A stretch of DNA of 57,149 nt from the NCBI RefSeq assembly GCF_006345805.1, contig NW_021833627.1, positions 1 through 57,149 on the forward strand, read 5' to 3'. Both the position numbers and the translations under genes were made by a program. Under the pieces are notes generated by a model. It did no database searches. It saw only the letters and a list, made by a program, of their open reading frames with translations, and was not told the origin of the DNA. This document shows, piece after piece, positions 38,390 through 51,790 of this stretch; within the stretch, counting starts at the first letter, position 1, and each line of letters opens with the position of its first letter. The stretch is from Octopus sinensis. Taxonomy: Eukaryota.

Positions 38390-39240
38390 TGGAACCAAAA
38401 GGCACCCATCAAAGCAGATAAGGAACTGTCAGAACCTGCATAAGACAAGGATGTATATTATCTCTATATCTATTTAATAGCAGCACTGAGTATGTGTTTA
38501 AAGACTCAAACAAGATGAAAGGACTCTCAGCCAATGATATGAACATATACAATGTAAGATATGGTGATGACACAGCGTTTATTGGTAGACAACAATGAGA
38601 AATTATAAGAAATTGTTGATGTAAAAGAGGAAAATGACAAGAAAGGCCTAAATGTGAATGAAAAAAAATGACGAAAATAATGGTTGTTTGTAAGAAAGAG
38701 CAAAAGGCTGCAAATATAAAGGCAGATGGACAGAAACTTGAATAAGTGGAAAAAAAAAACCCCAAAAAAACTGAGTATTTTGGGCAAATAAACAAAGGAC
38801 GTCACTGCCAAAGTTACTCAAAAAATAAATAAGGTTAAAATAACATTTGTAAGAAGGAAAAAGATCTTCACCTCAAAAGACACAACACTGCAGCACCTAG
38901 AATTTGAGACTTAGGAATCTGATATATTCTGTCAGTCTTCCTTTATGGAGCAGAAACTTGGACGATGTAGAGAGTAATGGAGGAAAAAGTAGAAAGATGG
39001 AATAAACAGCTGAAAGTCCAAAGACATCTGTTGTTGAGAATCAAGCCCACTAAGCTGTCATATTTAAGAGATACAATGTGCCATGAGTTATTGTCCAACA
39101 CCAGGAAGTGTAGAGGGAAAGAGAGCAAGAGTCCATGAAAGGTGTTTGTGGAATGATGGCTTTAAGAATGGAGTGGAAAGAAGAGCCTGCTTGATTGTAT
39201 GCAGCAGAGGGAATTGGAGAGCCTTGGCAGGCTGACCTGG
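38390..39240 (+). mobile_element. Degenerate RTE/BovB-like RT remnant
   Basis: IRQGCILSLYLFN...NIYNVRYGDDT, corresponding to QGCILSPxLFN...RYADD. Confidence 0.7.
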
Positions 39241-39509
39241 AGAACACAAGGCACCTAGTTGATGGTTGATTTTACATATGTATATATGAAAACAATGAGC
39301 AAGCCAAAACTTGTAAATCGCTGTCAATCATTTCATTCTAAAAGTTAATAAATATACACTCTGCTAAAAAGTATTGTGTAATGCTTCAATTTCATGTTAG
39401 ATTTATACATTCGACTAAAAATTCTTCAAGGCGGTGCCCCAGCGTGGCTGACGTCTAATGACTGAAATGAATGAAAGATAAAAGATAGAGTGTGTGTGTG
39501 TGTGTGTGT

Positions 39510-40412
39510 GAAATAATGAATGGTGACAGACTAAGCTTTGAACAAAGGAAATTTCGCCTCAAGTGGTTCTGAAAATTTGGAAATAGAGCAGAAGTGCAAA
39601 ACCAGTTCAGGACAGAGTTTCAAACAGATCCATGGACATGACTTAGCATCTCTTGAACTAGACATAAGTTTGAAGCAGATGGAACTGTTCAGAATGTCCA
39701 CAAGAAATATTCCAGAAGACCACAGTCATTGATGCAAATCAAAAAGCAAAAAAGGTTACTGGAAACGTATTGCCAGAGTTCAAGAGAATCTGTTTGGCAG
39801 GCAAGTTGTGATATAGGAATTTCAAAATCGAGTGTCCATCTTGTTTCAAAGCACTGTCATTGGAAAAGTTACATTCCAAGAACAGTCTACAATAGTCTCA
39901 ATGAAGATGACTGAGATAAAAGAGTGGAGTTTTGTGAGTGGTATTTGAAAATCGACATTTTATGGAGGAATATCATGTTTATTTACCAGGAGTTACAATA
40001 TTCAGCAAAATGGGGCACCCTATACTACCATAGTAATGTAAGGGTCTGTCTTCATGAGATTTTGCTGAACAGGTAGACTGGATAAAGAGGGTTCAGTAAA
40101 ATACCCTCCACATTCATCAGACCTCACACCACTAGGCCTTTTTATCATGGGGATGCTTAAATGATAAAAGTTACACTTTGTAACCAGCAACAGTGAACAA
40201 ACTGAGGCCAGCCATGGAGCACAAATGGCAAACAAAATGTTTTTTGATGTTTGTGATTCCATTTCTTCACATTGTCTGGATTAGAAATGGTCATCAGTTT
40301 GGAAACGGACATTCATAAAAATGTAAAATTCTGTCTGCAGCAGATTCTATTAAATTTTGAAAATTTCTTTATGATCATTCAATGTGTGTATACACAATTT
40401 TCAGAACACCTG
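39510..40412 (+). mobile_element. Degenerate Tc1/mariner-superfamily element
   Basis: LSFEQRKF... N-terminus and YPPHSSDLTPL (cf. WPPRSPDLTPLDF). Ends CAGAACACCTG near TA. Confidence 0.65.
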
Positions 40413-40447
40413 ATATATGTGTGTGTGTGTACATGTATATATATATA

Positions 40448-42046
40448 CAGTGGGGGGAAATAAATATTCGTACATGTCAAAATTATTTATTTATTTAATT
40501 TCTAATGAAAATAAATAGGATATACCAATACTATATTTGCATACACATGCATAAACTAAGAATATGCAAAAGAAACTAATAAATTATAGTAAGTAAGGAA
40601 TTTATATTCAGTTATAGATATTTAGGGGTGAAAAAAGTATTCGTACAGAACATAAATAACTGATAATTCTGATTTAATACTTTGTAGCATAACCATTATT
40701 CAGTTCCACTTCAACCAATATCTTCTTGTAGTTCTTAATCAATGACTCGCATGTTTCTTTAGGAATTTTTTCCCATTCTTCTTGACAAATTTTCTTCAAA
40801 TCTGTAATGCACGTTGGGGCTCTTGAATGAATTTTAATTTTCAAATAACGCCACAAATTTTCAATGGGGTTCAAGTCAGGTGACTGGCTTGGCCATTCTA
40901 ATAATTTTATATTGTGATCCACAATCCATTTTTTGGTAGACTTCACCGTGTGCTTAGGGTTGTTATCCTGTTGTAAAACCCACCCTTCACAAAGCTGGAG
41001 CTTTTCTACAGAGTCCCATAAATTATTGCTCAAAATATTTTGGTACATCTCTGCATTCATTCTACCATCTATCACATGTAAATTGCCAGTACCATTTGCA
41101 GAGAAACACCCCCACACCATGATGTTGCCACCTCCAAACTTTATGGTAGGAATTGTGTTTTTCGGTGAATAGGTGATACCATCTTTCCTCCAAACATGGC
41201 TATGCGAATTTCGTCCAAACAATTCAATTTTTGACTCGTCTGTCCATAGAAAATTTTCCCAGAATGTATCAGATTTATCTTTATGTTCATAAACAAATTT
41301 TTAACAGGCATCTCTATACCTTTTAGTCAACAGCGGAGTTTTTCTAGGAGAGCGTGACTTCAGTTCATTCCTATGAAGTTCATTGCTGATAGTTCGTAGT
41401 GTAACACTACCCTGAAGCTAACAAATCTTGCAACTCCTTTCTGGTGATCATTGCGCTTTTTTCGATTCTTCACTTCATTTTTCTTAAAGATCTAGGGAAA
41501 ATCTTGCGTAGTGGACCGGATCTTATTCTGTTTCCGACAGTTCCCAATTTTTTATATCTTTGAATAAATGAAGATGTGGTAGAAAATGAAATACAAAGGG
41601 TCTCTGATATTTTCCTGTAAATTTTACTTGCTTTCCACTGTTCAATAATTAAGTTTTTCACTGAATTTGTGAGTTTTCTACTTTTCACGATTATTACGAT
41701 ACTACTTTATGTTGTCTCAGTGCTGAATGAAGAAGCTAGCGTTTTGGCACTTAAAAATGACAACTGATAAGATTATTGGAACAAACGAGAAAGTTCTAGT
41801 AAAAAAAATTATTTTAACAGTATTTTGTGGCATAGAAAATCATAAATTTAATCTGTACGAATACTTTTTTCATCCCTAAATATTTATAATTGTATATAAA
41901 TTCATTAGTTACTATAATTTATTAGTTTCTTTTGCATATTCTTAGTTTATGCATGTGTATGCAAATATAGTATTGGTATATCCCATTTATGTTCATTAGA
42001 AATTAGATAAATAATTTTGACATGTACGAATATTTATTTCCCCCCA

Positions 42047-42049
<3 letters not shown>
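40448..42049 (-). mobile_element. Full-length Tc1 (DD34E) transposon with ~200 bp IR/DR-type TIRs and TA target duplication
   Basis: TIRs at 40448-40649 and 41852-42049 begin CAGTGGGGGGAAATAAATATTCGTAC. The inner repeat is AAAAAGTATTCGTACAGA, and TA flanks both ends. Confidence 0.95.
40674..41688 (-). pseudogene. Tc1 transposase, interrupted between the HTH and the DDE domain
   Basis: WTDESK, QQDNNPKH and WPSQSPDLNPIENLW, with 34 residues between the second D and the E. Confidence 0.9.
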
Positions 42050-42084
<35 letters not shown>

Positions 42085-42167
42085 GTATATCTGTTTATCT
42101 AAATAGATACATCCCCACGGCATGTTATTTTCTCCTTCTCCCCTTTTGTCTCCCTCTCTTTGTGCAG

Positions 42168-42361
42168 GTGCTGAGCAGTAAACTGATGCCAACAGGTGAG
42201 GAGGTTGGGGTCCAGCACAGTGCCAAGCGTTTCTGTGAGGACTTCCTGCTGGCTGGTGGCCTGGCGTTAGTGATGCACATCCTTCAGCCAGAAGCCATGG
42301 TAACAGACGTACCATACGCCATACGTCAGGCAGCATACTCCATATCTTTACAGTTAACCAA
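42168..42361 (+). CDS. USP24: USP24 internal exon (phase 0 to 2)
   Basis: TTTGTGCAG|GTG...ACCAA|GTAAGT. VLSSKLMPT...FCEDFLLAGGL...IRQAAYSISLQLT matches recalled USP24 VLSSKLMPT...FCENFLKAGGL...SICLQLA. Confidence 0.92.
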
Positions 42362-43238
42362 GTAAGTTCAGATGCAAATTTACTTATACCGTACAGCTTC
42401 ATGCACACATGGACCCTAAGGGACTGCCTCTATGGGGCCACCCAGCATGGTGGAAATAAGAACCAAATCTTCAAATTACACTTTGTTCTAGAAACTGAAA
42501 GGGATCTTTGAACGATGTTATCTTTGGTGTAGAAAATGGAAAGATCATGGTTGGAATGTCTGTGATCATAGGTCTGTTGGGTAGTTGACAGCAGTATGGA
42601 TAATGGACATATCAATAATTGGGCTACTTGATGTGAAGGGCCTGGAGAAGGGAGCAAAGGATAGAGATCTAATACATCTCTATTTTATGTATTAGATTAT
42701 CCAAAATTCTAACTGCCTCTTTTTCGTAATATACAAAATTTGTACACCACTTCAAACACACACACACACACTGACATATATTTTATATATATAAAATCTA
42801 TCTGTAATCTCCTTTTCGGGGTCAATCAAATAAGTACCAGTTACGCACTGGGGTCAATGTAATCGACTTAATCCCTTTGTTTGTCCCCTCTATGTTTAGC
42901 CCCCTTTTGGCAATAAGGAAATCTACCTATTATAATGTGTGTATGAAAGCTTGATCTGAACGAAAATTACTGTTCTGGGACAAATCCCTTGGTGTAGTTC
43001 CTCCTCCTCTGCCTTTATCAAAGTCCACTTTGTATCAAACGTGTGTCCAGGACCCAAATTTCACACTCTTTTCCCATTCCTCAAACATTTATGTTTGTGC
43101 TAAAATATTGCTTCACCTGATTGCACAGCTGGGTAAAAGAAAAACCTTTCTTCCTTCATCATCCAGCAGTTTATCCTTGTCAATGTGATACCCTGAGGTG
43201 GCCCTCAGTTGTATATGCTCTGTTTTTTCTTTTGTTAG

Positions 43239-43380
43239 ATTCTTGTTGTGTGGTCAAACAGTAACTGGTGAAGTGTATTTCCCCCTGTCCCCTCAGGTGA
43301 AAACTACTCCCAGTGGAGCCAACTGGATTGGTAGTATGAATGTGGAGCCATCAACTGGAGCCGGTAGCAGGGCTCTACAG
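43239..43380 (+). CDS. USP24: USP24 internal exon (phase 2 to 0)
   Basis: TTTGTTAG|A TTC TTG TTG TGT GGT CAA ACA (FLLCGQT, cf. FLLVGQT)...RALQ|GTACCT. In phase with both neighbouring exons. Confidence 0.85.
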
Positions 43381-43789
43381 GTACCTCACTTTCACATCCA
43401 CAATTCCATTCATTTTGGAAGTCTTTGTCTTTTATTATTTTTGTTCAGATCAGTTACAATATGAAGTCCCTACTCCTTATTCATGCACCCTTCACTATAT
43501 TCTATGAAATCCCATTTATATTCTGATCCCTGCAACTTCACCACCATTTCTCTTTCTTCCTTTCTCTTGCACCCTTCTCTCTCTCTCTCTCTTTCACACT
43601 CCTACTCTCTTCCTCTCTCTCACATTCTTGATCACTCTTTCTTTCTTTTGCTCTCTCCCTCTGATTGGCTGACCAGGTATCTCCTCTACACCAACACACC
43701 TGTTCCTATCACTTTAATCTCATCACCTGGCACAAGGTCACTTTCTCCAATGCACCCCCCCTTTCTGAGGATTTTTGTCTTGTGAGTTA

Positions 43790-44056
43790 CTTGGTGACTG
43801 CCATCTGGATTGGTGCCTTGTAGAAAGCATCCAGCTGTAGAAACCATGCCAAAGTAGACCTTGCTGGTGCTGGTGCCATGTATAAAGCACTCAGGCCACT
43901 CTATAGGGTGGTTGGCATTAGGAAGGGCATCCAGCCATAAAAAAACCATGCCAAAACAGACACTGAAGCCCAGTGCAATCGTCTGGCTTGCCAGCTTCTG
44001 TCAAACTGTCCAACCCATGCCAACATGGAAAACAGACATTAAATGATGATGATGAA
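43790..44056 (+). mobile_element. RTE-tail/SINE remnant
   Basis: GGTTGGCATTAGGAAGGGCATCCAG...CATGGAAAACAGACATTAAATGATGATGATG. Confidence 0.75.
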
Positions 44057-45486
44057 TACACTATCTATGAATTTCAGTTACTTTTGAAATTAATCTAGAC
44101 TGGAGGGGTATTTAGTAGCTACCTGATTAAGATATTTGCCTCCCAACCATGTGGTTTTAAGTTCAGTCCCATTGCATGATATCTTGGGCAAATGTCTTCT
44201 GTTGTAGTCCAGACTAAAGCCTTGTCAGTGGATTTTGTTGGCGGAAGCTCATTGTATACGCACATACACAGGCAAATTAAAAATAACAAAAGTCAAAAGG
44301 ATGTACACATGGAATGTGTTAGCTTGACACTCAGTCTCAGATGAAAAAAGGAGAGTAATGGTTCAAGCATGGCTCTTTGTTAGAAAGAGAGAAGAGGAAA
44401 AGTCCAAGGAAAGCAGGTGTGTAGTTACAAGGCTCACACACACAAGTTACCATCATTATCATCATCGTTTGACATCCATTTTCCCTGTATGCATGGGTAG
44501 GACAGTTGACAGGAGCCGGCTAGGTAGAAGACTACCCCATGCTGCTGTGTCTGTTTTGGCAGGGATTTTATGGCAGGATGCCCTTCCTAACATCAACCCT
44601 TCCACAGAGTGGACTTGGTGCTTTTTACATGACACTAGCACAGGCAAGGTTAGTTTTGGCATGATTGTTACAACTGGATGTCCTTCCAAATGCCAACCAC
44701 TTCACAGTGCGGAATGGATGATTTTTAAGGCAGGTTTACCAAGTAACTCGCAAGACAAGGGATTATGAGAAGGGAGCTTCTCTGTGTATATATATGTGTA
44801 TATATAAATTAGACACAAACAGCTATTTAGTTATTCATCAACAGTGAAAAGATATTATCTATAATAACCACATAGAAATTAATTAAATATTTTATAATTA
44901 TTATTCTAAAATTCTCATAACAAATCAAACATTAAATTGACTTCGCACATTTCAATACTAAATACATAAATCGATAATATTAAAATTTAATTTTTAAAAA
45001 TTTTAAATTCAATATTAATTCAATTTAAAAATATTTAGCCACTCTTCAAATCAAAAAAATAACATAAATAAATTTAGATATTATAATAAAATAATAAATA
45101 TATAAATGTATTAGCTTGGAATTATTACATTCCCTGACTATTAATAATATTGTAAGTATGTGTGTGTATGATTGTGTCTCATTGTGTGATACTTGTTACC
45201 CATCTTTTATACACCCGCTTGGTGTTTTACTGACAGGGAAATGTATACATGAGTTGTTAGTTGCTTTCATTCATTCTTTTCCAATGTTTATTGTTCTGTT
45301 TATTATCCCCTCCCCCACCCAACTCAGACTTCATATTTTCATATAAAATTTCTTACTTTATGCATGAGAATTTAATTATAATCAAATTTACAATTGATTT
45401 TAAATTGGGCTTAATGAATTGATTTTAATTAAGCTATAATCATGCTATTGTAATTAAGCTAATCTTTTTCCCTTTCTATTTATCAG

Positions 45487-45640
45487 ACTATGTCAGTGGA
45501 AGATTTTGGAGAGACAGTGGCCTGTCTGATGCGCATCACATGGGCCGCAGCTGCAGGTCGCCTTCATTTGATGAGCGTTCCCCAACCGATTAGAGAGAGC
45601 ACTGTTGCCACGGGCCGACGCAGTCGTCAAAGTAGTACAG
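45487..45640 (+). CDS. USP24: USP24 internal exon (phase 0 to 1)
   Basis: TATCAG|ACT ATG... TMSVEDFGETVACLMRITWAAAAGRLHL matches recalled TMEVSDFTSTVACFMRLSWAAAAGRLDL. Donor ACAG|GTAATG. Confidence 0.92.
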
Positions 45641-47289
45641 GTAATGGGGTGTGGTCACATGCTATGCTTACAGGATTAAGAACTTCATTTTGCAACCGTT
45701 TGTGTCTGTGCAACACCCCAGGCCAACATGTTTTGGGACCATGATCTTCTTTCAGTCATTGGACTGTGGCCATGCTGGGGTACCGTCTTGAGGAGTCTAG
45801 TTGAACCCCAGTTCAAATGGGTCTGGAAATTATTTTATTGGTCTATTTTGTTGAATAGCGAACTTAATGGGGGTGTAAACAAACCAACACCAATTGCAAG
45901 CATTGGAAACACACACACTCACACATAGATATATGATGGGCTTCCACACAGTTTCCATCTACTAAATTCACTCACAAGGCATTGGTCAACCCCAAAGCTT
46001 TAGTAGACAGTACCACACAATGAGACTGAACCCCAAACCATATGATTGCAAAACAATCTTCTTCACCACACAGGCAAGCTGACCCTTAGTATCACCATTA
46101 TGTTATGTTTGCTTTCCATGCTGGCATGGGTTGGACTGGTCGTCATGATCCAATTCCTGCTCCCACGCACTGTTTCCTCTCCCCATCCTCTTCACAGAGT
46201 TTTATTTTCTAGTGGTGCCCACACCTGAAAGATTGTCAACTTCTTAGTTAAACAGGACTAAATGGTTGCCTTAATTGTACTTTTTTTCTGCTTGCTTGCC
46301 ATTTCTCTGATAGTGCACCAGGGTTAGACATTTCACTGTGACCCCAGCACAAAAGTTGGGATAATAGGGAGTTTCGCAGTAAACATTATTGCTGCAGGAA
46401 AAATTGCTGAAAAAAATATAAAAGATTGGCTGTTTCTTTAAAATGGCAACTTCATCAACGAACCTGCTAAATAGAGAAAGGTAATTTCTTTAAAATGAGT
46501 TATCAAGTTGACAGTCTGCGTGGATGCCTCCTTTTTTCAGGGAATTTTCCGGACATGCAAGAGTGATCAGCTTGTGCTCTGTAAACTTAAAGGGCCTTCA
46601 TTATGCCAAATCATGTGTGTTTGTTGAAGAGAATGTGATTGGGAGCAGGGAGAGAGAGAGAGAGAGAGCAATGAGTGAGGAAGGGGGGCAAAGGAGATAA
46701 GAGTTTGCAGACTGGGACAAAGAGGGCAGTGATGGTCAAAAGCAGGGTGATGGGTAATAATATATATGTGGGTGGTGGTATGGCTAAGTTTTCCTTACAA
46801 CAACAAGGTTCTCTATCGAATTTCTTGTGCAGCATCTTGGGCAAGTATTTTCTACATTTGCCTTATGTTGGCCTATGCTTCATGTGTGAAATTTGGTTGG
46901 TGGAAACTGTATGGAAGCCTATCACCTTAGTTTGTCTTCTGATCGGTGGTTTGGTTATGTTGCTTTGAACAGAGACAATTTAGGATTGATTCATTAGTCT
47001 TGTAGATGATGAGGTCCCTTCACTGACATTGGTGCCGATAAAAAATGAACCTCTGTAAAGGTGGGTGTTGATGCTAATAAGGGTATCCAGCTGTAGAAAG
47101 CAAGCCAAGTGTGGTTCTCTGGCCTTGTCCAAAAGAAGAAAGGTTGTAACTCTGAATAAGAATTGGCTTGGTCCATGAACAACCATCCCAGCTGTGTCAC
47201 AATGCAAGAAAAAGTTCTGTTATGCCCCTTTACTCCAATGCTGGGTTTAGCCAACCTAAATCAATAAAGATCTGTGAAATAAATACCAG

Positions 47290-47620
47290 ATTAAGTACGT
47301 CTAGTTCCAAACAAAAGGAATTCGCAAAATTATTTAACAACGAAGAGCTGGGTAGTAGAAAACCCACGCAACTGTTACGAAGGATGAACAAACTGCTGGG
47401 GAACCAGCAAATAGAGGATTCGTACCTCAAAGAGGTATTTTTCAACAAACTGCCGTATAAAACCCAAACCTTACTCTCGACAGTAAAAAAACAGAATTTA
47501 ATTCAACAGTTGGCGGGCCTAGCGGACGGTATTTTGGAGTTATCGTCCAAAGTGACTATTAGCGCGATTCCATCCATTTCAAGTGAAATACAAGAGTTGA
47601 GGAAATGTTACGAGCAACAA
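47290..47620 (+). mobile_element. Gypsy-type gag fragment
   Basis: EELGSRKPTQLLRRMNKLLG...YLKEVFFNKLP...LAGLADGILE resembles the Gypsy gag motif LGDRKPSQLLR...LFLQRLP...LAELAD. No LTRs or pol were seen. Confidence 0.75.
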
Positions 47621-48479
47621 CACGATACGGCCACATGTGATCCTATTTCTTATGGAGTCAATGGTTGTTGTGTTTATAATGCGCGCACGATACCGTAATT
47701 CTGTTTGGTTAAATTTTAGCTCATCGGGAAAGACTGTTATGAATTATAATATGCTATCAATAGGATAATAGATAAAAAATATATATATCATATTTTGTAT
47801 AGGCTACGAAAATGACGTTGATATATGTATTCTGCCTAATACGAAACAGCGCGTCTACATTTAAGACAGCAATAGTTAGCCGATTACACAGCGAATAGTA
47901 ATAAAGTTTGAATAAAGTTTAATAAAAAACAGTTTTAAATATTTTTGCTGATTTTATTCCGTATTAATAAATCTTAATTCAGTTATTTCGTTTGATACGA
48001 ATGCGAAAGTAATGTGACGAAGGAAATTGCTACCATTAATTAATCGAAGCGCCATGTTTAAATGAAAGACGAGGGAAAAATTCAACGGAAAAAGTTTTTC
48101 GGTTTTAAAATTTAATTAATGGAAAAGAAGGTTAATTTCTTCAATCAATATACGAAGGTAAGTTAATTACTTTTCGATTTATTTACTTTGACATGGAGAA
48201 AATTAGCCCGAGTGATATTTCTTAAGTATATAAAAACGTTGATAGATGGAAACTGAAAGGATATTCCCTTCTTCCCTCTCTTTACACACACACATATATA
48301 CACACATACAGATATACGTGTATATACCCACACACGCATATATACTATATAAAACAAAAAAGAAACTTGATTATGTCATTACTTTATTACAGAAATTGCA
48401 ACATGAAACGTATTTTATGAGGTTTAGGAGATATTTTCTGCTATCTCCCGAGTGAACAGGTTACAGACTTTTGTCGCTA

Positions 48480-48640
48480 TTTACTCTTTTACTCTCATTT
48501 AACTGTGGCCATGCTGAAGCACCTCCTTCAGTCGAGCATATCGACCCCAGGACTTATTCTTTGTAGGCCTAGTACTTATTCTAACAGTTTTTTTCGCTGA
48601 ACCTCTAAGTTACGGGGACGTAAACAGACTAACATTGTTT
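48480..48640 (-). mobile_element. SINE remnant (related copies near 34915-35050, 39400-39490 and 45740-45910)
   Basis: Shared GTGGCCATGCTG...GTACTTATT...GGGGACGTAAAC sequence. Confidence 0.65.
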
Positions 48641-50039
48641 GATGAACTCTCTTACAATATGACTATGTGAATTGCTGAAATTATGATATATTGTAAATTT
48701 CACGAATATTTGAATGACAGGAAAGCTATCTTGTTTCCTAACTTGCAAATTTATTTTTCCAAAGACATTTGATTAATTGGTTATGTTTGTAAAACAGGGG
48801 AATGCCTCAAATTTTAGAGGAAGTGGTTAATTGATTAAATTGATCTTATTACTTGACTTGCACTTTTTTTATCAGCCATGAAAGGAAGAGAAACAAAGTT
48901 AGCCTCAACAGGATTTGAAACTAGAACATAAAGAGCTGGTAGAAATATTGGAAGGTATTTTGCCAACACTCTAACAATTGTGCCTCTCCACCATCTTAAG
49001 TTTAATAGAATAAAATCTGTGAATGAATTTTGATGAATTTCTTGTGTAGTTTTAATGAAAGTTGGTCTCACATTGCTTGCATTTATATCTTTCCTGAGAC
49101 ATGTAAAAGTTTCCATTTGCATAATGTTTGCCTGTAATATAAATGGTTTACAGAAAGAATTGCTACTTGTCACTTCAAATAAAGAGTATTGAACCGATAT
49201 TAAAGCCAAAATTTTCCTTTCGCTACTATTAGGATGTTTTTCATTTTTACTTTCAGGGTTAAAAAATGAACGATTACACTTATTGGTTTACATGCGAACT
49301 TTTGTTTATTTTATATCCTTCCATATGTTGGATATGCAAATTTCACGAAGCAGGGATAGACACAACTGTCTTCACACAACCCACTTCAGATTACTCTACT
49401 AAACACAATACTTCTAATAAATAGAAACTCTGAACAATGTCAACAACTTCCATGAACTCCCAATGACTCTCTTTGTCTCAACCAATATGCTAATTTTTTT
49501 ATAAGAGTTTTGCTAGTCCATTCTTCCAATCCCATAGGGGTGCCAATGACTCTCACCACAACAGTTTATACATGTAGACTTTTCTTTATACATGTAGATT
49601 TTACCAAGCAAGAAGCTTCACCTGTATGTAAGTACATAGTTTTTTTGTTAAATTAAGTTTTCTGTTAGTTAACCATAGCTGTTTGTAAATTGAACAACTG
49701 TTTCTCTGTGTATATTGAACAATTTCCATAAGACATATATGTTTGCAAATGTAAAATATGTTTGTTTCCCAATACCATGGTTTAGGGTCTAGTTCTACTG
49801 TGTGTCATTTTGGGCAAGAGTCTTCGACTATAGGTAGGGACCAACAAATGCATTTTTAGTAAAAGTGGTTGATGGGAACTATATGATGCTTATTGCATGT
49901 GTGTGTATACACCATATCAATTATGTGATGCATGTTATAGGTAACTGTTGACAAAAAGTGCAAAATACTCATTGAAAAATCAAAATAATTTAGAGTAATG
50001 TCAAGAAGGGATGTGGAATGGATAGTGAAGGTGTCCCAC

Positions 50040-50560
50040 AGTATTGCAGCCTGGGCCTATGTGTCATCTTGCTACTGCAAGAAAGTACAGACCATTGAAT
50101 GTTTGTGAAATATTGGCATCTAAGATTATGAACTCTCTGGATTTACTGATTACCTTGATGTCAGTGAGATTGCCATTGTCAAACAAGAGATTTGTTACCT
50201 TAGTAAGTGTCTACCCTCCAACCATGTGTTCCTCTGAAGAGAAAAAAAAGACTAATATTTTATCTTTAATGAAAAAAGCTTCTGTGCAGTGTTCTTTCTG
50301 CTTATAAAATCTTCGTAATTGGTGATTTCAATGAAAGCATTTGCAGGGATAAAAAAATTTGGGATATAATTGGGAAACATGAAGCCAGAAAATGCAATAG
50401 TAATGGCTTGTTTAGTACTGCAAATGTGTTCGATTTTTGCATATACTGGGTAACTGTCAATCTCCTAGTGTGGAGCATGCTGTATTTGAGCACCAAATAT
50501 GTGGGAGTATTTATGTGATCAAGATGAAAGGCAATTAGGTCTCTCATTAATTTCTGTTTG
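50040..50560 (+). mobile_element. Degenerate RTE/BovB-like endonuclease remnant
   Basis: LMSVRLPLSNKRFVTLVSVYPPT, followed by ...IGDFN. Confidence 0.7.
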
Positions 50561-50949
50561 GTGAGTTGCCCTGAGGAAAAATCTAGGCAACAAATTGAAA
50601 TTAAGGCATGAAAGTCATTAGAGACACTTAGAGGATCTAGATCAAATTAGAGAAAGTGAAAACATCACAAAGTTTTTGATGGAAAAAATTGTTTCATGTT
50701 GGAATGAGTGAATTTGAATGAATGTCAATAAAATCTAGTGTGCATGAAAAGCTTGAGAGAGATTTTTGAAAAGGTCTTAATATTAATGTTTCCATTGTGT
50801 TTTGCTTCAAAAACTACATAGACATGACAGAATTAAATAGACATCCTTATAATTGTTAAAATTTATTTAAATTATTTATTAATTATTATAATGTGAATAT
50901 CTAATATTTAGTAGACAGGCTCCTTGCATTTTTGAATGCAAGGACCCTA

Positions 50950-51790
50950 GCAGGCATGCTACTGATCTGATGAATATTCTCTTCATGATTTTCTTGCCAA
51001 GTTTCTTGCAGTAATATCAAAAGATCTGGCTTTAAGGATGCTTTCTTTTTCATTTTAGGAAGTATCCCATCCATCATGCCTCAGAGGTGTTCAGTAGGGT
51101 TCATATCTGGTGATTGGCTTAGCTATGGAAGCTTTTTAATGCCATTCTCTTCCAACAAATCCTGGGTCTTTTAGTTGTGCAAGAAAGCCCTATCTTCCAT
51201 AAATAGTGTTATTTAATCATTTTACCCCTGGAGGTTATAGGAAGAAGATTTTTCTATAATATGGACACATATTTATCTGAGTTTATGTATCCCTCACATT
51301 CCACCATTTCTGATTGACTATTGCTCCAAACTGCTCTCCAGACCATCACATGTTTCATTGTTGGCTGCAATATATTCACGTGAAAATATTGTTGACTGAT
51401 TCTCCAGACCCACATTCGACCAGTGTCAGAAAATACAGCAAATCTGGATTCATCAGAGAATTTGACAGTGTCCCCAAGTGCTATGACCTCTCTACCATCT
51501 CACTTGTCCAATCTTTTCTCCATTTGATATTGGCTGGTCGAAGCAGTGTCTTCTTTCTTGCTGCTCTGCCATAATAGCCAATTTTGCGGAGATAACTGAC
51601 AGCTATTCTGGGACTGACATCAACTTATTCTGCTATATTGGAGGCCTTGCAATGAGGATTATCTTACACACTTCTCTTAAGAAAGCAAAGTGTTCTGTCA
51701 GAGGGCCTTAGTCTACCTGGGTAAGGTGATATGGACTACTTTCCCGTTTAGTGAATTGAAAAATTACTCTATTTACTGTAGAAAGTGGAA
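50950..51790 (-). mobile_element. Degenerate Tc1 transposase remnant
   Basis: FSDESRF, HVMVW and SQSPDMNPTEHL recognisable on the minus strand. Confidence 0.75.
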
